From contig JBGAJA010000001.1 of the NCBI GenBank assembly GCA_044225175.1, positions 742,711-806,710 of the forward strand: a stretch of 64,000 nucleotides of DNA. The letters run 5' to 3'. This document shows, in pieces, positions 20,501-29,168 of the stretch. The notes beneath the pieces are model-generated. The model made no database searches, was not told where the DNA came from, and saw only the letters and a program-made list of their open reading frames with translations. Position numbers and translations under genes: made by a program. Origin of the DNA: Candidatus Omnitrophota bacterium. Its GTDB lineage: Bacteria > Omnitrophota > Gorgyraeia > Zapsychrales > Fredricksoniimonadaceae. Each line of letters opens with the position of its first letter. Positions within the stretch are counted from its first letter, which is position 1.

Positions 20501-23500
20501 TTGAATATTTCTAATAATTTCCCCTTATCTTTGACTTGAAGGAAATCCAAAACAGGTTGATAGGCTTCTCTAGCACGGGCAACAATCTCATCTCTCTTGT
20601 CTGTCACCTGCTTCCAAAGCATCTCTGCCCTAATCCTTTGTTCTTCTGAAACATCGTTCGCAGGGTTATTAGAGTGTTCATGAGCATATTTTTGAGGATC
20701 AAAAAACCTTATTTCATCTGTTTTAGGATTATGAAAGATAAAAACATTACCATTGATTCCCTGCAATTCAAAATCAGCGGGGATGCCTTTGACATCAAGC
20801 CAGGGATTTTCATTGAAATGCAAGGCATAGCCACCAGAATCTAGAGATGTGAGAACATACCTATTATCTGTGGTGACCCATGAGTCTAACCTATAATCTG
20901 CGTACTTACGCGATAAACGACTGTCCTGAAAACGCATATCAAGAAGACTATTATTTAAAGTATCTTTCTTAAACCATATCCCCTGGGAATAAAACGCTTG
21001 GATCTCCTGATCAGGAACTAAAAGATCACTTGTACTAGAACGATTTAAGTCAAGCCAATAGGTAGTTTCTTGACCGCGCTGATTATCTTTAACGATATAA
21101 ATGTTTCCAACCAACATTCGAGTGGAATCTGGAGGAATCAAATTTGTGGGAACTTTGATAAAATGCTGATCTTTCAAGTGAACAATATCAATCTCTCCAC
21201 TTAGAACAAAGGCTTCCCAGTATTCAGGCAAAATTTGATCATAATTAATACTCACCATATCTCCATTACTCCTGATCTTCCAGATCGTGACATGGTATAA
21301 ATCATTAAAACTACACAAGAAAATTTCATCATTGTTTCTAACAATATTAAATCCTACCTTTGATTCACCAATAACCCTCCCATTCTTTATTAAATAAGCC
21401 TTGAGAGTAGTTTCATCCACAGACGAGTACAAAATAATTTTACCCGAGTGATCCAAAGCTAATTTTTTAGTTTGAATGGTTTCATTAGTTACGAAATTAA
21501 TAATTTGATAGTTTTTAATCCCTGTTTCAGTTGATGTAAACTCTTGAATAAGCACTTCACTGTCCTTTATGAAATATTGTTTTAACGTGTGGTTAGTAAA
21601 GTGTAGAGCATCTATTTCAGCTTGCTCGACACCTCCTCGATCGTTAACCGCTAGAAACACTGTCACTTTATCAGGTGAAGTCATCCTTGGTGTGAATACA
21701 ATAAATTTCCCAGAATCAGAAATAGACACTTCGCCATTAAGATTTTGGTTTATATATTTTTCATTTTTTAGATTATAAATTGATTTTCCATATGGACCTT
21801 CCAGCAGAACAAGCTCACCTTTTACTTCTTTAACTGTTGTATTAGGAGGCACTAAAAAGACGTATTGGGATGCATATAGGGTTTGTCGACCATCATTGCT
21901 TGTAACAACAAAAACTTCCGGCGATATTTCGAGATAATCAACATAAGATATTGGATTTAATTTAGGATTACTCAAATCTCTGAGCTCAATCTTCTGTCCT
22001 TTTCGAAAGCTAGTCCATCGAGTTGCTAAAACTAAAGGAGGATTTTCACTAAAAAAATGATCGATAGGCGCGGTTAGAATTTTGGTTGGTTCATCAGGAT
22101 CCACATAAAGCGCCTTGCCATTGTCTGGATTATAAAACACAAAATATTTGCCATCGAATTCGACTCGGGGATATTCTTTAACAAATACAGGAATTTCACC
22201 TAACCCTCCTGCCTTTAACCCATCACTAATCATATACCGCTCTGATATGGAATTCGCATAAACGATCTTATGGCTCGATTCATCATACGCGCCAGCATCA
22301 ATATTTGGATCTAAACGTGGATTCATCATTCCGAAACTTAAAGTACCATCTTCTAATAAAACAATAATAGTAACCCTAGAAAGAGTTCCAATTAATTTTC
22401 CTTTAAATTTAAATTTTGCAAGCGAATCCTTTAAACTCCATGCTATCGTGTGGGTTGGATTGCTTTCATCAATCAAGAAAGGAAAACGAGGATGCTCATA
22501 AATCTTTCCAAAAATATTTTTTAAATCAAACTCTGCGCCACCTACCCCTAAAATTCCTTCTCCATTAATCCATAAAGCCATAATAGAATTTTTGTAGTTT
22601 TCCGAAAGCAATACTTGAAAAGATTTATCTTTTAAAAAAAACTTATTGGATGCTGTTTTTAATCTAAAGGCCCTATTTCCATCTTTGTCAAAACCTAATA
22701 CAGCTTCTCTATATTTCTCTTCAGAATCATTTAACCATTCCTTCGTTTCTGTGTTATAAAGTCTCACCTGGTCCCCATACGAAAAAATAGCAACTCCAGA
22801 AAGCGGATCAATATAACAAGATTCTGCCTGCGCAATCCCAACTTGAAGATCAACATAATTAGCTGTACCAGAATTTGGTTTTCGTAATTCCATAATCGAA
22901 GAATAGGGATGGAAACTCACCTCTCCTTCAAGATCAGCTAATCTGAGTACTGACTTGTCTTTCATATCAAAAATATGATAGTCATTCATAATACCTTTTA
23001 TTTTAAAAACAATAAATCGACCGTCTGGACTTATTTTCATTTCTTTAATTTTCCTTAATTCTTGGATCTCTCCTTCAAGAAAATTAATATATTTAGATTT
23101 TTCTGTATCAAAAGCTGTATATGAACCATTACTTAACTGATAAAACACATGCCTTCCATCTGGACTTAATATTGGCTCACCTATAGCATCCATCGGGTTT
23201 TGCCATATCAGTTGACTACCCGACTTAAAGACTAAAGCATTGTGGTGGATAGGATCACCTTCAACAGCAACAGCATATTTGTACTCAACCCACATATAAT
23301 CCCCATGTAAAACTCGTATCTTTGTAATTGTTGTTGCTTCACCCACCCATTTAATCTTTTGCCCCGTTGCAATCTCATAAACGTCCCCATTTCTCAACAT
23401 ATATTTCATTCGCGCATCTGCAGGAACATACACTTGTTCTTGAGGTTGTGTCATATCTGGTGGGGTGGTTAAGAACTTCGAAATAGCTTGATTATCTGCA

Positions 23501-26500
23501 GCTCCATCATCGTAAACTTTTAAATCCGGCGTGATAGGAGTATTCATTTTAGCCGTGGGTTGCGGAGCCCCCATTTCGTAACTGGTTGCTGGCTCATCTT
23601 CAGCCAAAAGCTTGATACGTTCCCCTAAGCTTAATAATTCCGTATGTTCATCAGCGCTTAATGGTGATTTACGTCTTTGCTCTAAAAGGTCTAGAAATCG
23701 CTGGGCCATTTGTCTGGGTACAATGACATAGCCATTGGTTTTAATTTTAGGCAAATCGTGGTGTTTTAGGAAATCGAATGTTCTAACATCATAGTTCATA
23801 AACGCTCTTAATGCGTCTGGTGTGAAATCAGCCACGATCAATTCTAATGTCTTTGAACCAAGGGTTTGTTTACTGATTAAATGAAAGTCATTGTATCGAA
23901 CAATGGTGGCACCGATCGATTCAAGCGCTTTTTGGGCGCCCCATTCAAATATATCTTCATTAACAAAGAGAACTTCTTTGCCTTGCTTCATAAGTAATTG
24001 GCCAAAACCTTTCTCATTAGGCAAAAGCACATACTTACCACTAGACTGCAAGGAATTGATCAAACGAGCAATTTTCTTTTTGATCATTCGCTTGATATCA
24101 TTAACCACATAGGCATTTTCTTGATTATCAGCAATCAAAGCTTCTAAGCCAGCCACAAGTGTATTGATGTATTTGATCTTCTGCACATCTCCCATTGGAT
24201 TCTCAAGAATACCTTTGACCATTTGTTCAACAGCCAATTGCATAGGCCAAGGGTTTCGAGCGTCATGATCCGATGGAAAGATGACCTTGTCTCTGGATTG
24301 TTGAACATTGATAAGCGTAGCAAACTCAAGGGCCAAATTTCCTTCAATTACAGAATCAGGATGAGTGGTCTCAGAAAGAGGAATACGCATGATAACTTCC
24401 CCATTTCTAACAAATGCGACAGACCTGCCTGGCTCATGAACATGAATGACCTTGATCTTACGAAGCTCCTCTTGAATGTCTCCTTGTGATAAGCTTTCAG
24501 TTGCCTTTGTTCCCCCTTCACCCGGGACTAACATTCCAGATAACACAGAAATATTCATCCCACTGCCATTATCAACAACCTTGATTTCGTGTTCATTAAA
24601 ATCAATGTTAATCCATTTTTCTTCTGATTTCACAAGTTGGTGTCCACTTGGCACAATAAACTCTCTATTTTCCCATCCATTGATCTTTTCTGTCTGTTGA
24701 TTTAGCTGTGTGGTAATTTTGATGTTTTCTACAATTCCAAAACGACTATGAATATTGTCCTTTAACCATTTTAAAGAATTGACTTGGCCATCCTGTACAA
24801 TGCTTTTGACTTTTCCTATTCTTACAACAGTCCCTTGTGTCATTCCTGGAACTTGGGTGGCCTTAAGAAAATCATCATCAGTCATAGAATAAATTTGTAT
24901 TTGATAAGCCTTATGTTCATCTTTCATGACTGTTAAACGCCAGGCTGGTTTGCCTTCTTGTTTGGTTACAATATCCAATCGATCTCCTGGATCCTCCAAC
25001 CAATCTAAAATTTGTTTAACTCCCTTACCAAACTGACCAATAGAGCCGCCCAATGCATCAATGCTATTAGCAACTGCTTCAATAATCGATTGCCCCTTGG
25101 GGTTTCCACTTTGTAAGCCAATGACAGAATCTAACCGTATCTCTTCATTAGTTCCTGCCTTTAAAGATTTGATCATGGCCTCTGTATAGCCTTGTTTGGC
25201 TAAAGCTTCTAGTGTTTCGATCGGAGATTCCTGACGCTTAAGCTTTTTCTGTGCCCTTAAGAATTCTAAAAGGTTAACCCCATTAAAAGGCAAAGCATTC
25301 CAATAGCTGTTATCACCCACCGGGTTGTCGGGATCAATCCTGGCAGAAACCATGGCTAAATCGCCCATTAAAGCATCTTTGGATATGGATTGAACTGTTT
25401 TAAAAACTTCTCCTAATCCATATTTAGAAGAGTTCAAAGCTAAATCAGCTCCCCCAGAGAAATACTTTCGTGGAATTGATTGATGGGTTATAGGATCAGT
25501 TACTTCTTTGATATAGTTGTAGACGCCTTTTTTGAAAGCGGTCAAGTAACGTTGGTAAATTAATTCGATATCTGTAGGGGCAGGGCTTGTCCCTGCCCTA
25601 GATAGGGCGGGTGTAAAACCCGCCCCTACAATTTTATTCTGATCAATATACACCTTTGCTAAAATCGAATCCCTAATCTTCTTCTTGTACCAGGTAGCTA
25701 GAATCAAAGAACCATACACCTGCCTAAGCTGCACAAAGTTGGCCCCTTCATTGATCTCTTTGGTCAATTCAGGAATAACAACCTCCCGTATGATCTGACT
25801 GTGCAAAAAGGTGTCAGACACCTTTTTATCAACCCGCCCCTTCAAAAAGGTGTCTGACACCTTTTTGGAGGCTACGTAGTCTTCTTCCAACATCACCTTT
25901 AGCCTGGATTCCACTACATAGGCTGTTCCTGCTTTAGCATTCTCATAAACCACTGCCTTTTCAGGGACTATCCATACCTTGTTGAAAGTATTGACTGGGA
26001 TATTGGTTGTTCCATACCTTTTGGCGGATTCTTCATAGATTCTTCTCCAGAATCTCTTTCCTATCTCATCTTCTGGGTACATAAGGCTGGCTGTGATCTG
26101 CTTTAGCATGTAGTCCTGGGCTAATAGGTCACGTCCCATCTCGGTTTGGCCAAAGCTTTCTGGGACAATGCGGTTTTTCTCATAGGGACTTAGATTCACC
26201 CATAGGTCGGCTTCTGGGGTGGTTAAAGAGGCCAAAAAGTACTTGATTAGACGGCTGGATTCTTGCCTTAAATTATGTGCATCAGCGACGGAACGTGACC
26301 CTGGATCTAGGATAAAATCGAAGCGAAAGGGGTTATCTGGATGGACCTTGATTCCTTTGAGTAGAGGTGGGGTCACAGGCGGACTTAAATGCACTCTCAC
26401 CCCAGGCTTAGGCAAATGAATGTCCTGGGCGTACGTCGGCATAGGACCCATACTGGTCACAATAAAACTAACCAAGATGACAATGACTAATGGGGTTTTG

Positions 26501-26505
26501 AGCAT
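17572..26505 (-). CDS. Giant secreted scaffold+cargo protein (2977 aa): signal peptide, conserved N-domain, two GHKL ATPase modules, propeller-like repeats, HExxH motif, C-terminal GGIDF domain
   Basis: Uninterrupted ORF; likely start MLKTP at 26505. N- and C-terminal domains align with 31066-33693. Motifs EAVANSIDA / IGQFGKG / DNGSGM, EIPQNSSDA / DDGQG / GFFGTG, and HELAH. Confidence 0.85.
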   Translation of the reverse strand: MLKTPLVIVILVSFIVTSMGPMPTYAQDIHLPKPGVRVHLSPPVTPPLLKGIKVHPDNPFRFDFILDPGSRSVADAHNLRQESSRLIKYFLASLTTPEADLWVNLSPYEKNRIVPESFGQTEMGRDLLAQDYMLKQITASLMYPEDEIGKRFWRRIYEESAKRYGTTNIPVNTFNKVWIVPEKAVVYENAKAGTAYVVESRLKVMLEEDYVASKKVSDTFLKGRVDKKVSDTFLHSQIIREVVIPELTKEINEGANFVQLRQVYGSLILATWYKKKIRDSILAKVYIDQNKIVGAGFTPALSRAGTSPAPTDIELIYQRYLTAFKKGVYNYIKEVTDPITHQSIPRKYFSGGADLALNSSKYGLGEVFKTVQSISKDALMGDLAMVSARIDPDNPVGDNSYWNALPFNGVNLLEFLRAQKKLKRQESPIETLEALAKQGYTEAMIKSLKAGTNEEIRLDSVIGLQSGNPKGQSIIEAVANSIDALGGSIGQFGKGVKQILDWLEDPGDRLDIVTKQEGKPAWRLTVMKDEHKAYQIQIYSMTDDDFLKATQVPGMTQGTVVRIGKVKSIVQDGQVNSLKWLKDNIHSRFGIVENIKITTQLNQQTEKINGWENREFIVPSGHQLVKSEEKWINIDFNEHEIKVVDNGSGMNISVLSGMLVPGEGGTKATESLSQGDIQEELRKIKVIHVHEPGRSVAFVRNGEVIMRIPLSETTHPDSVIEGNLALEFATLINVQQSRDKVIFPSDHDARNPWPMQLAVEQMVKGILENPMGDVQKIKYINTLVAGLEALIADNQENAYVVNDIKRMIKKKIARLINSLQSSGKYVLLPNEKGFGQLLMKQGKEVLFVNEDIFEWGAQKALESIGATIVRYNDFHLISKQTLGSKTLELIVADFTPDALRAFMNYDVRTFDFLKHHDLPKIKTNGYVIVPRQMAQRFLDLLEQRRKSPLSADEHTELLSLGERIKLLAEDEPATSYEMGAPQPTAKMNTPITPDLKVYDDGAADNQAISKFLTTPPDMTQPQEQVYVPADARMKYMLRNGDVYEIATGQKIKWVGEATTITKIRVLHGDYMWVEYKYAVAVEGDPIHHNALVFKSGSQLIWQNPMDAIGEPILSPDGRHVFYQLSNGSYTAFDTEKSKYINFLEGEIQELRKIKEMKISPDGRFIVFKIKGIMNDYHIFDMKDKSVLRLADLEGEVSFHPYSSIMELRKPNSGTANYVDLQVGIAQAESCYIDPLSGVAIFSYGDQVRLYNTETKEWLNDSEEKYREAVLGFDKDGNRAFRLKTASNKFFLKDKSFQVLLSENYKNSIMALWINGEGILGVGGAEFDLKNIFGKIYEHPRFPFLIDESNPTHTIAWSLKDSLAKFKFKGKLIGTLSRVTIIVLLEDGTLSFGMMNPRLDPNIDAGAYDESSHKIVYANSISERYMISDGLKAGGLGEIPVFVKEYPRVEFDGKYFVFYNPDNGKALYVDPDEPTKILTAPIDHFFSENPPLVLATRWTSFRKGQKIELRDLSNPKLNPISYVDYLEISPEVFVVTSNDGRQTLYASQYVFLVPPNTTVKEVKGELVLLEGPYGKSIYNLKNEKYINQNLNGEVSISDSGKFIVFTPRMTSPDKVTVFLAVNDRGGVEQAEIDALHFTNHTLKQYFIKDSEVLIQEFTSTETGIKNYQIINFVTNETIQTKKLALDHSGKIILYSSVDETTLKAYLIKNGRVIGESKVGFNIVRNNDEIFLCSFNDLYHVTIWKIRSNGDMVSINYDQILPEYWEAFVLSGEIDIVHLKDQHFIKVPTNLIPPDSTRMLVGNIYIVKDNQRGQETTYWLDLNRSSTSDLLVPDQEIQAFYSQGIWFKKDTLNNSLLDMRFQDSRLSRKYADYRLDSWVTTDNRYVLTSLDSGGYALHFNENPWLDVKGIPADFELQGINGNVFIFHNPKTDEIRFFDPQKYAHEHSNNPANDVSEEQRIRAEMLWKQVTDKRDEIVARAREAYQPVLDFLQVKDKGKLLEIFKYFYSKQKEQIKTRFKDALANGKEHVNLDDLMVESFIKKMSLLLRGLQDLKKKGNPLFPSSEHTLVDNEIGDQFYRGLSHQIFVMAMNEKISLENADIPSWLLAMTYSLKIEADHSINLVKPINEMLDLLYEIYGQKISVHICSLMVVFLSLVAKNGNKSIDIAVDQLNKLLLFSKGKGKESYLALWYEAFSHTPLEQIVLAATDRRSATELGEAQFFVDFLTNRVDHVQTKDLELPKDIQWLMQKEEGIPVENIAQFNADKRSGIDQSSMYDIAGLFTPEHIGQMMAIDNPNLRREISQYVNVQGEAGRYAAEIPQNSSDAGANKLLVRYYKDVQTGDLVEEAVDDGQGPPLGKALALLIPKSNKIKDQQNGQTVGFFGTGKFTIYSGVDRVQMIANNGQEAYVFEMKVNRTLGRVFVVKVGIANPQDFSKGVIIRRMRNSQSSIAELDQMLGQHTWKMFAGMASNEQFKLVVEKEKEEGRITEEQVKVKGKNLLTEIDLKIGQHNYGPLKLWSTQDSDMPLQIIDKKGLRVESLSLKKEFLALIPESLRKHIEELRLVIQIPLPLIQNRSSFEQEAVIMPVIQQYVALEFYKALIHQELTNPDFHISQIPRDWETSARESYWNVLSPENQTQWSLAKERSLFDVINDINAGHLISHQDLTTLKGWFEGKGVNRSFEESLVPFLAQLNVQTKDGKNSLLMRRIKTQAAISEEAARRRAKSLGIDEAGFQQALNTVDPWGAQRGALANRMSHIATMISAESLAIPEEALNSQQQRLLSLVQKIGQKLGFEQVVIVKAEAPFQGLFSRRSGHSKVYINAQLAHRMDISSNGAIHKPTNTTIHELAHLFEYFESNAQKDSFEFGVLTKNDLFTHDKKFSRFMQFLSVITLLPKTDPAQLTKPLEPTRFQNKGGIDFTANQTPLEVRNAGEEIRFNLDPSMLQKLQNAPGFKPVITNIQPMTNVSEFLGLNHPEEVYQS
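25573..25630. repeat. REP-like doublet inserted in frame in the giant gene
   Basis: TGTAGGGGC...GCCCCTACA ends with two inner GC hairpins; encodes VGAGFTPALSRAGTSPAPT. Confidence 0.85.
25805..25866. repeat. Two 23-bp palindromes inserted in frame in the giant gene
   Basis: AAAAAGGTGTC(A/T)GACACCTTTTT at 25805-25827 and 25844-25866; encodes KKVSDTF twice. Confidence 0.9.
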
Positions 26506-26585
26506 ATCTATATTACCTTTATATAAATATGCCATATATAAAGTCATTTACAAGGGGTGGGAAGGCTAAATGAGAAAACGTTATC

Positions 26586-27365
26586 TTAGAGATTATTAAG
26601 AAGAGAAATGTAGTTTTCAAGGGATATTTCTTCTGGTCTAGCTTTGGGACTAATTTTTAGACGTTCGAGCTCTTTCATAAGCGTGTCATGATCATAATAC
26701 CCTTTAAGAGCATTACTAATAGTTTTTCTTCGTTGCATAAAAGCTGTTTGAATCATTTTAAACAACTTTTCTTCATTATGTGCTTTAAGATTTGGTTTAG
26801 ATTTAGGGATTAAAGAAATGAAACAAGAATCCACCTTAGGAACTGGATGAAAACTGCCTTTGCTAATTTTAAAAAGTATCTTCACATCCATGTAGTACTG
26901 AACAAAACATGATAAAGAACCATAGTCTTTGTTTCCAGCAACAGCAGCTACACGTTCTGCAAATTCAAGCTGTACGGTCATAAATGCCTTTTTAATTTGA
27001 TGTCTTTGCGCAATGATTTTTTCAATGATGGGCGTTGAAATGTAATAAGGAATGTTTCCAAGAACAATTAAATCATTAGGCAAAGTATTCATATCCCACT
27101 TAAGAAAGTCCCCTTCAATGATTTCCAACGACTCCTGAGGATATGTTTCTTTAAGAAATGAAACTAAATTACGATCTTTCTCAACCGCAATAACTTTCTT
27201 AACCAAAGGCAAGATGCGTTGAGTAATGGCCCCTTGACCTGGACCGATCTCAATAACGGTATCATCTGAGTGCAAATCACAAGAATCAATAATCTTTTGC
27301 TGAATACGCTGATCTTTCAAGAAATTCTGACCTAAACTTTTGACGGGACGGTGAGTGTTTTTCAT
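26586..27365 (-). CDS. rsmA: 16S rRNA m6,2A dimethyltransferase
   Basis: KSLGQNFL, EIGPGQG, GNIPYYIS, PVPKVDS. Confidence 0.96.
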   Translation of the reverse strand: MKNTHRPVKSLGQNFLKDQRIQQKIIDSCDLHSDDTVIEIGPGQGAITQRILPLVKKVIAVEKDRNLVSFLKETYPQESLEIIEGDFLKWDMNTLPNDLIVLGNIPYYISTPIIEKIIAQRHQIKKAFMTVQLEFAERVAAVAGNKDYGSLSCFVQYYMDVKILFKISKGSFHPVPKVDSCFISLIPKSKPNLKAHNEEKLFKMIQTAFMQRRKTISNALKGYYDHDTLMKELERLKISPKARPEEISLENYISLLNNL

Positions 27366-28243
27366 GCGAGTTGAAACGCCAGTTTGATGGCCGCGATCAT
27401 TGAAGAAGGATCAGCTTTATTCTTACCTGCAATATCAAAAGCTGTCCCATGGACAGGAGAAGTACGAACAAATGGAAGGCCTGCGGTAAAATTAACCAAG
27501 TCCTTAAAATACATGCCCTTAATGGGTGCGAGTCCTTGGTCATGATACATAGCTATAATCCCGTCGTATCCTTTGTCATGACAAAAGAATGTATCAGCTG
27601 GAAAAGGACCAAAAGCCTTAATTTTCCTTTGATTTGCTTCTTTAATCGCAGGAATAATCTGTTTAATTTCTTCCTTACCTAGCAATCCCAACTCTCCTGC
27701 ATGAGGATTGAGCCCAAGAACTGCAATACGAGGCTTAGAGATCTTAAACTGTTCTTTCAATGTTCTATGCATTAATTCAATCGATGAAAAAATAGATTTC
27801 TTGGTGATTAATCTTGAAACATCTTTTAAAGCCACATGCCTTGTCACCAAAGATAATCTTAAATTGGAAGAGACAAACATCATGTCAAATTGCTTAACAT
27901 TAAAACTTGAAGCTAAATATTCAGTATGCCCCAAGAAGTTCTTTTGATAATGGCTAACCCTCTCTTTAGATAAAGGAGCTGTAACAAGAGCATCCGCAAT
28001 GCCACCTTTGATCAAATCAATGGCAGTATTTAACGACTTGAATGAACCTTCTCCTGCATTGCGATAAGCAACATCCACGACGGGAAATTTGGACCTTCCC
28101 AAGAGCTTACGGTCTCCAACAAGAATAATAGAACCAAGGCGAGAAATATCTTTATTTGAAAGGGCCTTCAGAATCACCTCAGGGCCAATACCTTGAGGAT
28201 CTCCCATGGTGATGGCGATGGTTTTAATTGCGGATCTCGACAT
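27362..28243 (-). CDS. pdxA: 4-hydroxythreonine-4-phosphate dehydrogenase
   Basis: ITMGDPQGIGPE, GHTE, LNPHAGE, AMYHDQG, RTSPVHGTAFDIAG. Confidence 0.95.
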   Translation of the reverse strand: MSRSAIKTIAITMGDPQGIGPEVILKALSNKDISRLGSIILVGDRKLLGRSKFPVVDVAYRNAGEGSFKSLNTAIDLIKGGIADALVTAPLSKERVSHYQKNFLGHTEYLASSFNVKQFDMMFVSSNLRLSLVTRHVALKDVSRLITKKSIFSSIELMHRTLKEQFKISKPRIAVLGLNPHAGELGLLGKEEIKQIIPAIKEANQRKIKAFGPFPADTFFCHDKGYDGIIAMYHDQGLAPIKGMYFKDLVNFTAGLPFVRTSPVHGTAFDIAGKNKADPSSMIAAIKLAFQLA

Positions 28244-29168
28244 ATGCCTTTTCCCGCAACTTATCTAACCATGTTTTAAACTTAGCACGGAACTGGTCAT
28301 CGAAAAGTTTATTATAAATTTCATTCTTTACATCTTCGATTCCCTGCTTTTGACCAAGAACAATATTTTTAACTTTAAACAAATAGACACCACTCTCTAC
28401 TTCCACTGGCTGAGAAACCTCTCCTTGTTTCAAAGAAAAAACTTCTTTTTCTATGGCAGGGACCATTTGACCTTGCTCAAGCATTCCAACGGAGGGAGCT
28501 TGAGAGTATTGCTTACTGACTTTTTCAAAATCTCCGCTAACTATTAAATCTTTTCTGGCTTGCTTGATTTTATTTAATGCATCTGATTTTCCATCTTTAA
28601 AAGAAATATAAATGGAATCCAAATCATATTGAGACTTACTTTCAAATTCATCTTTATGATTATTGTAATAAACTGTCACATCTTCAGGATTGACAAAATT
28701 TTTGTCTCTTACTTCAAGATCAACTTCATATTTACTTTTCATCTGATTAATAATTTTCTTTTTGATATCTGTGACCGTAACCCCCTGGGTATTGATTTCC
28801 GTTAAAAAAGCATCCTCCGAAGGATACCGACTTTTAATTTCCTTCAATCTTTTTTCAACAACTTCGCCCCTAATCTCAATGCCCTTTTTATTAGCAGCTT
28901 CTAAGATCAACTTGTCTTCAATAAGCTGGTTGACCCCACGCTCTTCGTAAGAAGCAATGATCTGTTGAATTTCTTCAGGAGTTTTATGTTCAACTTTTAA
29001 CTGGCGGTAAATACCAGCAATATAATCCTTTAAATCTTTTAGGGTGATGACTTCACTGTTGACGATTGCAACAATGGCATCATTAATAGGTTTAGCGGCA
29101 AAACTATTGGCAGGTATTATTACAAGCATTAAAACAATAAGAGCAGACATTCCTAATTGCTTAGTCAT
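28224..29168 (-). CDS. surA: SurA/PrsA-type periplasmic chaperone with parvulin-like PPIase domain
   Basis: Signal peptide, AIVNSEVIT, parvulin-like C-terminal half; mfd-surA-pdxA-rsmA order; start trimmed to MTKQL. Confidence 0.8.
   Translation of the reverse strand: MTKQLGMSALIVLMLVIIPANSFAAKPINDAIVAIVNSEVITLKDLKDYIAGIYRQLKVEHKTPEEIQQIIASYEERGVNQLIEDKLILEAANKKGIEIRGEVVEKRLKEIKSRYPSEDAFLTEINTQGVTVTDIKKKIINQMKSKYEVDLEVRDKNFVNPEDVTVYYNNHKDEFESKSQYDLDSIYISFKDGKSDALNKIKQARKDLIVSGDFEKVSKQYSQAPSVGMLEQGQMVPAIEKEVFSLKQGEVSQPVEVESGVYLFKVKNIVLGQKQGIEDVKNEIYNKLFDDQFRAKFKTWLDKLREKAYVEIRN

Noticed and set aside
25805-25866. Two palindromic 23-mers with a spacer, resembling a mini-CRISPR
   Set aside because: Only two units, a 16-bp spacer, inside an ORF and no cas genes; treated as a palindromic insertion.
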